Below are positions 1-8,065 of a DNA stretch of 32,000 nt, piece after piece. The notes under the pieces were generated by a model, which had not been told where the DNA came from, did no database searches, and saw only the letters and a program-made list of their open reading frames with translations. The position numbers and the translations under genes are program-made. Each line of letters opens with the position of its first letter. The first letter of the stretch is position 1. The stretch lies in assembly GCF_018336915.1 (NCBI RefSeq), contig NZ_CP064923.1, positions 3,570,001-3,602,000 of the forward strand, written 5' to 3'. This stretch comes from Acaryochloris marina S15. GTDB taxonomy: Bacteria; Cyanobacteriota; Cyanobacteriia; Thermosynechococcales; Thermosynechococcaceae.

Positions 1-343
1 GAGTGTACACCTGCTTCAGCCATTGCTGGAGGTGAATCTCTGTCGTGCGGGCCGTTTGGGTGGGTTGTCGGTAGGATTGACTACGAGGAGTTCCAGCCTG
101 GTTATTTCCCCATGAGTCTGCGGATGTAGCAGTATTGCGATGATTGTCATAGGCCAACCGCCGATGCGGATCTTTTAAGACTTCATATGCCTCATTGACC
201 TGGGCAATACGCTCATGGTTCGCCATTTGATGATGGCTATCGGGATGAAATAACTTGGCCAAACGTCGATAAGCCGATTTGATCTCAGCTGGCGTTGCGG
301 CTGGATCGACTTCTAGGGTTTGGTAGTGATTATGGCCGGACAT
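1..343 (-). CDS. J-domain (DnaJ-like) protein, N-terminal part only; the gene runs off the left window edge
   Basis: Not in the ORF track because it is open at the window edge. The reverse complement from ATG 343..341 reads MSGHNHYQTLEVDPAATPAEIKSAYRRLAKLFHPDSHHQMANHERIAQVNEAYEVLKDPHRRLAYD..., a canonical J domain with the HPD tripeptide. Confidence 0.8.
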   Translation of the reverse strand, partial: MSGHNHYQTLEVDPAATPAEIKSAYRRLAKLFHPDSHHQMANHERIAQVNEAYEVLKDPHRRLAYDNHRNTATSADSWGNNQAGTPRSQSYRQPTQTARTTEIHLQQWLKQVYT

Positions 344-405
344 GAGGTCATTGTACTGAAGCTCAACGAGGTTGAGAATGGCAACAGCATGGACTTTATG
401 TTCCC

Positions 406-1770
406 TTAATCTCGCTGAGTCAAGATCATTTTGAAGTGAGAGGGAGGGGCTAAGGTCACCCCCCTACGCACGGGTTTTAAGGGTTGAGATTGCTCAAGCC
501 GGAATTGATATCGAGTCAGAAGTGTCGAGAGCACAAGTTTCATCTCGAACAGAGCAAAGGTCATCCCCAGACAACGGCGATTACTGCCACCAAAAGGCAG
601 ATATTCGTAGGGGGAAAATTGACGGTCTAGGAATCGCTCTGGCTGAAAGGCTTGAGGATTGGGATAGAGTTCAGGACGTCGATGGGTGAGATAAATACAG
701 GGGGCTACAGTGGTTCCAACTGGGAGGTTATACCCCATTAAGGGCAATGACATTTTCGTTGTTCGAGGAGAGGTGATCGGGGCAATCGGGTAAATCCTAA
801 GGGTTTCAGAGCACACTGCATTCAGGTAGGGTAAGCGTTGAATGCCTTTGGCATCATTGAGGTCAGCGGTGGCTAACTCAGCGATCAGTTTTTCCCTCAC
901 TTCTGGGAGGAAATGAATCCAATATAGTGCCCAGGTCAACGCTGAAGCAGTAGTCTCATGCCCTGCTAACAGCAAGGTAACTAACTCATCTCGCAGTTCT
1001 ATATCGGTCATGGGATTGCCAGCTTCATCCGTGGCGGCCAGCATTAAGGAGAGAATATCTGCCCCCATTTCAGATTGGTGACGATGCTCGTCCATCTGTT
1101 GATACAGGAGGTGATCGAGTTGCGATCGCACCTGCAGAAACCGACCCCAAGGACTCCAAGCGCCCCAGTCCTTCTGTAATCCCCGTAGAAACAGCAAACT
1201 CGCACCGGCTGGTGATCCAGTTAAGTCCAAGAAGTTGGGTAATAGCGCCTGCAAAGCTTGGTATCGTTCAGAGTTCGATACTCCAAACACCGTTTTGAGG
1301 ATGACGTTGAGAGAAATGGCCTGCATGGCCTCCCGCACATCAAAGGGGTGGTTGATTTGCCAAGGTGAAGCTATTTCTTCAGTAATCTGAGTGATGGATG
1401 AGCCATAGGCTCGCATCCGTTCCCCATGAAACGGGGGCATTAAGAGCTGTCGCTGGCGTTGGTGGGATTCGCCATCCAAGAGGATGACAGATGCATTACC
1501 GAGCAAGGGCAACAATATAGAATTATTGCGGCCCGCATCCATCTTGTTTGGCTCTGCAGTGAGAATCTCTTCAATGCCGTGGGGATTGCTACAAAAAACA
1601 ATTTGGCCCAATTGCCCCAGCTGCAATGTAAATAAATCGCCATACCGTTGTGTACAAGCTTCCATGAACTCTAGGGGGCGTCCGATCCATTGCAATATTT
1701 GCCACAATCCTGAAGAGGAGGGACCTTTGGGTAAATTTTGAGTGGAGCGTTGAGTGACAATCGTTGGCAT
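406..1770 (-). CDS. Cytochrome P450 monooxygenase (resembles the cyanobacterial CYP110-type N-terminus)
   Basis: 454-aa ORF. Heme-thiolate loop FGGSNRRCLGMTFA (FxxGxRxCxG), I-helix AGHETT and an ETLR (ExxR) motif. Confidence 0.9.
   Translation of the reverse strand: MPTIVTQRSTQNLPKGPSSSGLWQILQWIGRPLEFMEACTQRYGDLFTLQLGQLGQIVFCSNPHGIEEILTAEPNKMDAGRNNSILLPLLGNASVILLDGESHQRQRQLLMPPFHGERMRAYGSSITQITEEIASPWQINHPFDVREAMQAISLNVILKTVFGVSNSERYQALQALLPNFLDLTGSPAGASLLFLRGLQKDWGAWSPWGRFLQVRSQLDHLLYQQMDEHRHQSEMGADILSLMLAATDEAGNPMTDIELRDELVTLLLAGHETTASALTWALYWIHFLPEVREKLIAELATADLNDAKGIQRLPYLNAVCSETLRIYPIAPITSPRTTKMSLPLMGYNLPVGTTVAPCIYLTHRRPELYPNPQAFQPERFLDRQFSPYEYLPFGGSNRRCLGMTFALFEMKLVLSTLLTRYQFRLEQSQPLKPVRRGVTLAPPSHFKMILTQRD
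1122..1129. repeat. HIP1 octamer GCGATCGC
   Basis: Exact match read from the sequence. Confidence 0.95.
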
Positions 1771-2013
1771 AAATCTTTTCCTAACAAGCTTAGGGAGACA
1801 GTGCTGCAGGGAGGTGCACTCAACGGCAGTTTAACGCACCTGCGGGTCTGCACGATTACCGGTTCAGTTAATAACGCATAGAATCAAGACGTCTACCGCT
1901 ACACTAGATCCCAATAGGTTGCAGGTCAGCCCTATAGGAAGGGTTAAGCGAGTGCCAATATAATGCCGCCTTCAGCCTTGCCGAAAGATGATGAGTAGCC
2001 CACAGTTGGGACT

Positions 2014-3333
2014 GTGAGACACATAGTGGCCAGGTATCCCTCTCCCAAAAATCATCTCACTCAGAGGATGCTGTTCGCTCTAGCTTCAGCAGGCTTTGGT
2101 TTAGTTCTGCTCCTTTGGTTTGTACCCCAGTGGCAGGTCAACCAACTTCCAACCTTAGATCGGGCTCGGCTGCAACAATTACCCCTAACGGACCAGCTTC
2201 AATTGCAGCTTGAAGAAACATATCATCGAGCACAAGCTGAAAGAGAGCAGCGTAACACCCTGATCCTCATAGCTTTAGGACTATGGGGAGGGATGGCGAT
2301 CTATTTTTCCTGGCAAAATTACCATAGTCAACGTCGACAGCAAGATACCAGTGAGTTCCGAAAAGCAGTGGAATTGTTGGCGGCAAAAGACAAAATAGAA
2401 GTACGATTGGGCGGGATATATCTCCTAGAGCAAATCGCCAGTGATTCTCCTGGACAACAAGCGATTGTATTGGAAGTCCTAACGGCTTATATCCGGGAAC
2501 ATAGCACCAAAGTAGGGGATACCCGCCATTTAGGCTCAAATGAAGTCAATACCTTGCGAGTTCCCACGGATATTCAAGCAGCCTTGACCGTGATAGCACG
2601 GTGTCATTCTCAGTTCGAAACAAGTCACCTAGATTTTCAAGATGCTTATCTGATTCAAGCCAACCTGATTCAAGCCAACTTTCAGGGCGCTAACTTCCAA
2701 GGTACGTACTTGATTGGTACCAATCTCCGGGAGGCGGACCTGCGAAAAGCCAATCTTCGCAATGCGGATCTATTGAGTGCCAATCTAAGTGGAGCAGATC
2801 TGACCCAGGCCAATCTCAGTAGCGCTAATTTGTTAGGTACCAATCTAAATAGCGCTAATTTCCAGAATGCTGATTTGACCGGGGCCAATCTGCGAGGTGC
2901 TTATCTTGGCAATGCGAATCTCTTGGAAGCGAACCTGAATAGTGCAGATTTAATTGGGGTTTATCTCAGTGATGCCAATCTCAGTCAAGCTAAATTGATT
3001 GGTGCCAATCTTCGCACTGCTAAGCTGATCGGGACTCAACTCACGAACACAGATTTGAGTGAAGCCAATTTCACAGGGGCTGATTTGAGTGATGCCAGTC
3101 TGGTAGGGGCAGATTTTACAGATGCCAATCTCAGGGAGGTCTCGTTCCAACGAACTCAATTTCGAGAGGCTGATTTGAGTGGCGCTGATCTACGGGGGGC
3201 TATTTTCCTAGAGGTCGAGCAGTTGGTGGAGTGCAAGCTTTGCCGGACTAAATTACCTGAGCATCTGGATCTAGATGCCAATCGAGATTGTGCTTCCCTC
3301 AAAATCGCAGATCAGTCCGTTGCGTCACAATAA
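2014..3333 (+). CDS. Membrane-anchored pentapeptide-repeat protein
   Basis: Long uninterrupted run of A(D/N)LxX pentapeptides (ANLIQANFQGANFQGTYLIGTNLREADLRKANLRNADLLSANLSGADL...) from about 2640 to 3200. Two hydrophobic helices in the N-terminal third. The track start is GTG 2014; ATG 2068 is an alternative. Confidence 0.85.
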   Translation: MRHIVARYPSPKNHLTQRMLFALASAGFGLVLLLWFVPQWQVNQLPTLDRARLQQLPLTDQLQLQLEETYHRAQAEREQRNTLILIALGLWGGMAIYFSWQNYHSQRRQQDTSEFRKAVELLAAKDKIEVRLGGIYLLEQIASDSPGQQAIVLEVLTAYIREHSTKVGDTRHLGSNEVNTLRVPTDIQAALTVIARCHSQFETSHLDFQDAYLIQANLIQANFQGANFQGTYLIGTNLREADLRKANLRNADLLSANLSGADLTQANLSSANLLGTNLNSANFQNADLTGANLRGAYLGNANLLEANLNSADLIGVYLSDANLSQAKLIGANLRTAKLIGTQLTNTDLSEANFTGADLSDASLVGADFTDANLREVSFQRTQFREADLSGADLRGAIFLEVEQLVECKLCRTKLPEHLDLDANRDCASLKIADQSVASQ

Positions 3334-3372
3334 AGGGGTAAGTTCTTATCTATTGCCAATTAGGAATTTCCC

Positions 3373-3690
3373 ATGCCAAATTTCTTGAACAACCTTTTGG
3401 GACGCCATCCTGAGCGAGTCAAGGCCAATACCGAAATCTATACCTGGCAAACTTGTCCATTTTGTATTCGAGCCAAACTATTGTTGTCTTGGAAAGGGGT
3501 GCAATACACCGAGTACAAGATTGATGGAGATGAAGCCGCACGAGCCAAAATGGCTGAACGGGCGAATGACCGCCGATCAGTGCCTCAAATCTTTATCAAT
3601 AATCAGCATATTGGCGGCTGTGATGACCTTTATCAAATGGATACAAGGGGCCAGTTAGACGACTTATTATCTCAACCGGCTGCGGGTTAG
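3373..3690 (+). CDS. Glutaredoxin (dithiol CPFC type)
   Basis: 105 aa. Active site WQTCPFCIRAK, downstream SVPQIFI and GGCDDL motifs typical of Grx3-like glutaredoxins. Lies 39 nt after the pentapeptide gene, so co-transcription is possible. Confidence 0.9.
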   Translation: MPNFLNNLLGRHPERVKANTEIYTWQTCPFCIRAKLLLSWKGVQYTEYKIDGDEAARAKMAERANDRRSVPQIFINNQHIGGCDDLYQMDTRGQLDDLLSQPAAG

Positions 3691-3707
3691 AACCGTTACC
3701 GATAGTA

Positions 3708-3737
3708 AATGCCCAGAACAATTAAGCTCTGGGCATT
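3708..3737. terminator. Hairpin between the convergent grx and desC genes (possible bidirectional terminator)
   Basis: AATGCCCAGA (3708..3717) and TCTGGGCATT (3728..3737) are perfect reverse complements: a 10-bp stem with a 10-nt loop. Sits in the 73-bp gap between two convergent stop codons. No clear U-tract. Confidence 0.5.
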
Positions 3738-3763
3738 GAAGGCGTCTACTTTAAGGTAAGCCG

Positions 3764-4621
3764 TTACTTCCTACTGTATTGAGGAGATTTAGGGTAGGTC
3801 ACAATTTTCTTGGCCAATCCCATTTGCTTGAGGGCACAGATGGCCCACCAGGTGAAATCAATTTCCCACCAACGGTAACCAGATTTTGCTACATGGGGAT
3901 AGGAGTGATGGTTGTTATGCCAGCCTTCGCCATAGGTCAACAGAGAAACCCACCACAGGTTTTGAGCGCCATCATCTGATTCAAAGGTGCGATATCCCCA
4001 CATGTGAGAGGCAGAATTCACCAGCCATGTGGAATGCCAAAGAATGACAGCCCGGACGAAGATACCATAGACCACGAAAGACCACCCACCCAGGGCATAG
4101 AGCACAGCAGTCAAAGGAATCTGGAGCATCAGGAAATTCCGATCTAACCAGCGATAATAGGGCTGACGGGCTAGATCTGGTGCATTTTTTTGATAGTGGT
4201 TGGCATCAAAATACTCTGGGCGAGGGTAGAAAATCCAGAGAATATGGCTCCACCAAAATCCTCGCTGGGCAGAGTAGGGATCATCATTGACATGCTCGGT
4301 ATGGGCATGGTGTTGGCGGTGACCGCTGACCCAAAAGATAGGACCGCCCTGAATGGCGAGGGAACCAAGGGTTGCGATCGCATATTCCAATACCTTGGGC
4401 ACCCGGAAACTTCGATGACTGAGGAGGCGGTGATACCCCAAGCAAATCCCGATTCCCCCTAGCAGCCAATGCAGGAATAGGGCGACACCTATTGCTGACC
4501 ACGAGAAATAATAGGGTGCTAAGCCGATGGCTAAGAGGTGAAACGCACCAAAAAAGCCAACATTGACCCAGCTTAGGGCGGGTCTGACCACGGGGGCAGT
4601 GACGACAGGGTTGGTAGTCAT
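3764..4621 (-). CDS. desC: Delta9 acyl-lipid fatty-acid desaturase
   Basis: Three histidine boxes in Delta9 spacing: HRLLSH, HRQHH (GHRQHHAHTEH) and HNNHH (GEGWHNNHHSYP). I place the start at ATG 4621 (MTTNPVVTAP...) rather than the track start 4762, because the upstream extension runs through the operator-like palindromes. Confidence 0.9.
   Translation of the reverse strand: MTTNPVVTAPVVRPALSWVNVGFFGAFHLLAIGLAPYYFSWSAIGVALFLHWLLGGIGICLGYHRLLSHRSFRVPKVLEYAIATLGSLAIQGGPIFWVSGHRQHHAHTEHVNDDPYSAQRGFWWSHILWIFYPRPEYFDANHYQKNAPDLARQPYYRWLDRNFLMLQIPLTAVLYALGGWSFVVYGIFVRAVILWHSTWLVNSASHMWGYRTFESDDGAQNLWWVSLLTYGEGWHNNHHSYPHVAKSGYRWWEIDFTWWAICALKQMGLAKKIVTYPKSPQYSRK
4374..4381. repeat. HIP1 octamer GCGATCGC
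   Basis: Exact match read from the sequence. Confidence 0.95.
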
Positions 4622-4708
4622 AACAGTCCTATTAAAAAGATGAACAACGCTAGCCCATATCTGCAGAGGTGGGCCTCGCTTTTTGTCGAAATACTGGTTA
4701 AAGTAATA

Positions 4709-4727
4709 ATGCAAGTGATACTTGCAT
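4709..4727. promoter_or_regulatory. Operator-like perfect palindrome 1: A TGCAAGT GAT ACTTGCA T
   Basis: Read directly: 8-bp arms ATGCAAGT/ACTTGCAT around a 3-bp centre, located in the desC-tetR divergent intergenic region. Confidence 0.65.
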
Positions 4728-4733
4728 GCTGTC

Positions 4734-4762
4734 ATGCTAACACCCATCCTTAAGTCTTGCAA
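4734..4762 (-). promoter_or_regulatory. Candidate sigma70-type promoter for desC (TTGCAA-N17-TAGCAT on the minus strand)
   Basis: The minus strand reads TTGCAA (4762..4757), a 17-nt spacer, then TAGCAT (4739..4734). The -35 lies inside palindrome 2, and the predicted start site falls at the edge of palindrome 1. Pattern match only. Confidence 0.35.
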
Positions 4763-4774
4763 GTGCTACTTGCA
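4758..4774. promoter_or_regulatory. Operator-like perfect palindrome 2: TGCAAGT GCT ACTTGCA
   Basis: Same 7-bp half-sites as palindrome 1. Centres are 48 bp apart. It ends 8 nt before the tetR ATG at 4783. Confidence 0.65.
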
Positions 4775-4782
4775 TTTTGTCT

Positions 4783-5997
4783 ATGCCTTCTCAACCTTCA
4801 ACTCGTCAACGTTTGATTCAGTCAGCTCTTCAGCTATTTATCACTCAAGGGATTAGTGGGACAACCACTCGCCAAATTGCCGAAGCAGCAGAAGTTAACG
4901 AAGTAACGCTGTTTCGTCATTTCGGCAGTAAACATGGTCTCTTATTAGGAGTCTTAGAAGAGTCAACAGCCTTTCAGAGCCTGGGGCAGGCTCTGAACAG
5001 TCACAACCAGTCTTCTGAATCTACAGAACAAGCTTTTCAGGAATATGCAAGTTACTGCTTGCATGCATTAGAGCAAGTGCCCGATTTAATTCGGTCTCTG
5101 GTGGGAGAAGCCAACCAATATCCAGCGGACAATCGGCTGGCCTTAGGGAAGCGGATGACGGAAGTCACCCAATATATGGCTCAGTATCTGGAGTCTTTTA
5201 TGGCTCAACGGCAGCTCACGCCCCAATTCTCGACAGAAAAATTGGCCAGCTTATTGGAATGCTTGCTTTTGGGGTATGCCGTTATTGAGTTCACCAGTGA
5301 GTATCATCAACTTTGGAATCACCAAGACGACTTTTTAGAGCATGCGGTGCAGATGATCTTGTTTGGCAGCATTGCAAGTGGCACTGTCGTTAGCCCTTCT
5401 CCGCAAACGACTACAGTCGTAGCTGATTTACCTGCGGAAACCGTTCATCTTATTCTCCGACAAGCCAAGAAACAGAGTACCCAAGATCATGCTCTGGCCT
5501 ATGTTTTATTTGGGGCAGGTTTATCATCATCCGAAGTGATCGACCTATTGAGATCGCAACAGATCAGCAATAACCAACAGCATCTGCTGCAAATCCAGGC
5601 TAGCCGCCAGGTGGCCGTCAATCAGTGGGTCATGGGGAAACGTCTTGGCTCCTATACCTCCAATCCCCTGACCAAATGGCTAAAATTTCGCAAAGATGAT
5701 GAACCTACAATGTTTGTGGATGATCAGCAACAACCTCTGACGCTGACAACGCTGGCCGATCGGTGGAAAAGCTGGACGGAAGGGATGACTACCTTAGCAG
5801 GTCACCCTCCCCATCTGGAACAGGCCCAACACACCTGGTGCATCGATATGCTGATGCGGGGAGTGACCCTCGATATTTTGAGCTTATTGACGGGGTGGAC
5901 GTTAGAACAGCTCCACCCCTATGACCAACGAGCCAAAGAAAAAGCGGCTTTAGAACAAGCAACGCGTCTGGATCAGAAACCATCCAGCAAAGATTGA
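4783..5997 (+). CDS. TetR/AcrR-family transcriptional regulator with an unusual ~190-aa C-terminal tyrosine-recombinase-like (degenerate) domain
   Basis: N-terminus RQRLIQSALQLFITQGISGTTTRQIAEAAEVNEVTLFRHFGSKHGLL is a textbook TetR HTH. The protein is about 404 aa, roughly twice the normal TetR length. The C-terminal half aligns by eye to the integrase catalytic domain (see findings). The track start is TTG 4777; ATG 4783 is more likely. Confidence 0.85.
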   Translation: MPSQPSTRQRLIQSALQLFITQGISGTTTRQIAEAAEVNEVTLFRHFGSKHGLLLGVLEESTAFQSLGQALNSHNQSSESTEQAFQEYASYCLHALEQVPDLIRSLVGEANQYPADNRLALGKRMTEVTQYMAQYLESFMAQRQLTPQFSTEKLASLLECLLLGYAVIEFTSEYHQLWNHQDDFLEHAVQMILFGSIASGTVVSPSPQTTTVVADLPAETVHLILRQAKKQSTQDHALAYVLFGAGLSSSEVIDLLRSQQISNNQQHLLQIQASRQVAVNQWVMGKRLGSYTSNPLTKWLKFRKDDEPTMFVDDQQQPLTLTTLADRWKSWTEGMTTLAGHPPHLEQAQHTWCIDMLMRGVTLDILSLLTGWTLEQLHPYDQRAKEKAALEQATRLDQKPSSKD

Positions 5998-6006
5998 GCT
6001 GGGCAG

Positions 6007-6645
6007 CTACAGACTCTCTGAAGGGGCATCAGTAATGACAAAGTGCCGCGTGCGGTCGATGGACAGCCACCCCTCCTGCCGTAGATTGCCTAAAAGGCGA
6101 GTAATGGTGACCCGTGTGGTGCCGAGTAAGTTGGCGAGCTGTTGATGGGTCAAGCGCACCTCTAAACGCACACCATTCGGCGTAACCTGTCCGACTTCCT
6201 GTTTCAGCATCAATAATAGCTGCCGTAAGCGATCGTATACTCGTCGTTGGCTAACCATCGCTAAAATTGCCTCGGTTTGCTGCAATCGCCGACTCAATTG
6301 TTGAAGAACGCCCTGGGCTAATAATGGCGAACTTTCTAACTCCACCTGATTTAAACGCATCAATACCGCATCAGTCAAAGCCACTGCTTCGTAGGGCTCA
6401 AGCTGAGTTAACGGCAAGCCGAAGGGCATCGCTGGGTAAACAAATCCCAAAATGGCCTCATCACCAGAAGGGAACAAAGTGCCCAGCTGGACGATACCCC
6501 GACAGACAATCCACAGATCCTGAGCCCCCATGGGAATAGACCGTCCACTTTTGAAATCATATGTATGTCTTCCCTGATAAGCTTCTTCAAAAACTTGACG
6601 CCAGTCGGTAGGAGCTGGCGCTACGGATACCTGGGTTCGCAGCAT
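6007..6645 (-). CDS. Crp/Fnr-family transcriptional regulator
   Basis: 212 aa. N-terminal cNMP-binding-like beta-roll (LWIVCRGIVQLGTLFPSGDEAILGF). C-terminal HTH LTHQQLANLLGTTRVTITRLLGNLRQEGWL. Confidence 0.85.
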   Translation of the reverse strand: MLRTQVSVAPAPTDWRQVFEEAYQGRHTYDFKSGRSIPMGAQDLWIVCRGIVQLGTLFPSGDEAILGFVYPAMPFGLPLTQLEPYEAVALTDAVLMRLNQVELESSPLLAQGVLQQLSRRLQQTEAILAMVSQRRVYDRLRQLLLMLKQEVGQVTPNGVRLEVRLTHQQLANLLGTTRVTITRLLGNLRQEGWLSIDRTRHFVITDAPSESL

Positions 6646-6719
6646 CTATTAGAGGTGAATGGGGTGTAGTGATCTGTCTACAGACTAAGAGATAGTGCTA
6701 AAGCGAAGGTAAATATAGG

Positions 6720-6746
6720 GTTGTGAACAGATTAAGCTCTCACAAC
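6720..6746. promoter_or_regulatory. Inverted repeat GTTGTGA-N13-TCACAAC upstream of the Crp-family gene
   Basis: Perfect 7-bp arms at 6720..6726 and 6740..6746, containing the TGTGA/TCACA half-sites of CRP-type boxes but spaced 13 nt apart rather than 6. Lies 75-100 bp upstream of the regulator start at 6645. It could equally be an RNA hairpin downstream of the ABC ATPase gene. Confidence 0.3.
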
Positions 6747-6758
6747 TAAAAATTCTTT

Positions 6759-7427
6759 CTATAAAGACGCGACCGACGTCTTCATCTGTAACGAGGCCGG
6801 ATCGACGGTGGCTAATTGGCCATGATTTAAAGTCCAACATCGATCAGCAATACTGATAAGCTCTGCAGGATCATGGGTGACAATCAACAAACTCCACTGC
6901 TGTTTGAGTTTCCCCAAGAGGGTCACCAACTGTTGCCGCATGGACCAGTCTAAACCCGCTGTGGGCTCATCTAAGAGCAGCAGATGGGGTTGACGAATTA
7001 ACTGGACTGCTAGAGCCAAACGCCGCTGTTGTCCACCACTCAAAGATTGAGGAGAAGTAAAGAGGGATAAATCTCCTAACCCTACTTCTGATAAGGCTTG
7101 ATGCACCTGTTCTGATCCCAATTCGGGATGACCAATGCGTAGTTCTTCCAAAATGGTGCCCCCGCAAAAATGCCGCTCTGGGAATTGAAAGACTAAGCCT
7201 GCGAGTTGCTGCAGATTATTGGGTTTGAGTTCTTGCTGACGCCAATAGAGGTCACCTGATGTCGGCGCTGCTAAGCCAGCTACTATTTCTAGTAGGGTAC
7301 TTTTTCCCGAGCCGCTCGGACCAATCACCAGCCCTAGCTGTTGAGGGGGGAGTTCCAGAGTGACTGCCTTGAGAATTGCAGTTGAAGTTGCTGCTGGATG
7401 ATAAAGGAGCTGTTTTAATCGAAGCAT
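6759..7427 (-). CDS. ABC transporter ATP-binding protein (ECF/CbiO-like), with no adjacent permease gene
   Basis: Walker A GPSGSGKST, signature LSGGQQRRLALA, Walker B LLLLDEPTAGLD, H-loop VTHD. The track start 7445 is TTG; ATG 7427 (MLRLKQLLY) is preferred. Confidence 0.9.
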   Translation of the reverse strand: MLRLKQLLYHPAATSTAILKAVTLELPPQQLGLVIGPSGSGKSTLLEIVAGLAAPTSGDLYWRQQELKPNNLQQLAGLVFQFPERHFCGGTILEELRIGHPELGSEQVHQALSEVGLGDLSLFTSPQSLSGGQQRRLALAVQLIRQPHLLLLDEPTAGLDWSMRQQLVTLLGKLKQQWSLLIVTHDPAELISIADRCWTLNHGQLATVDPASLQMKTSVASL

Positions 7428-7596
7428 TCTTTTAGCGTAATGCAATCAACTACAATCAGGAGCAGGTTTGAGGGTTGCACCGTTCCCCTTTATATCAGCA
7501 TGCCCAATCAAGAGGACGTTACTTGCTGATACTAGGGGGCAAAGAGGAGGCTCTTGTTAATCTTCTTGCTCTGGCTCGTTATGTTGTTTTCAGTCT

Positions 7597-8043
7597 ATGA
7601 ACATTCAGTTTCGTGAATTTAATTCTTTTGATTTATGGCTTTGGTTAGAATTTGAAACCGTGTTGTCGGAACAAGAGAAACAATACTTGGAAGAAGTCTT
7701 TGATTCCTGGTTTTTTCTGGGGAAGCTAGGGGGATTTAATGCCGAGAATTTGCAGGTACAAGATGCTGGCTATGAACTGAGCTATCTCCATTATGAAGTA
7801 GAAGCCAAAGATAACAATCTCATGGCCCTAATGCATAATATGGGGGAGATTGAGTACGAAGGCTGTTGGGCCCGGTGCTGGTTTGATTTGGGTACTAGCG
7901 ATGCGATCGCACTTGATGTTCTGCTCAATGCTCTGGTTAACTTTAATAAAGAATTTATCGAAATTCACCAGCTGTTGATCGGAGGTGAAAACGAAGATTG
8001 GCCCCTGCCAGAACATCGGGATCGGTTCTACCAAGAGCCTTAA
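7597..8043 (+). CDS. Conserved hypothetical protein (I believe it belongs to the cyanobacteria/plastid DUF3531 family)
   Basis: 148 aa. The segment FREFNSFDLWLWLEF...EKQYLEEVFDSWFFLGKLGGFNAENLQ matches my memory of that family. No catalytic motif recognised. Confidence 0.55.
   Translation: MNIQFREFNSFDLWLWLEFETVLSEQEKQYLEEVFDSWFFLGKLGGFNAENLQVQDAGYELSYLHYEVEAKDNNLMALMHNMGEIEYEGCWARCWFDLGTSDAIALDVLLNALVNFNKEFIEIHQLLIGGENEDWPLPEHRDRFYQEP
7903..7910. repeat. HIP1 octamer GCGATCGC
   Basis: Exact match read from the sequence. Confidence 0.95.
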
Positions 8044-8065
8044 ACTCAACATTTAGCCGCTGGCA

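Noticed and set aside
2640-3200. Strong ~15-bp periodic DNA repetition (recurring GCCAATCT / GCTGATTTGA words) that superficially resembles a repeat array.
   Set aside because: It lies entirely inside a long ORF and simply encodes tandem A(D/N)LxX pentapeptide repeats. It has no spacer/repeat architecture, so it is not CRISPR and not a non-coding tandem repeat.
4622-4762. The ORF track extends desC 47 codons upstream (MQDLRMGVSMTACKYHLHYYFNQYF...).
   Set aside because: The extension has no desaturase similarity and runs through both operator-like palindromes and the predicted promoter. ATG 4621 gives a normal-length Delta9 desaturase.
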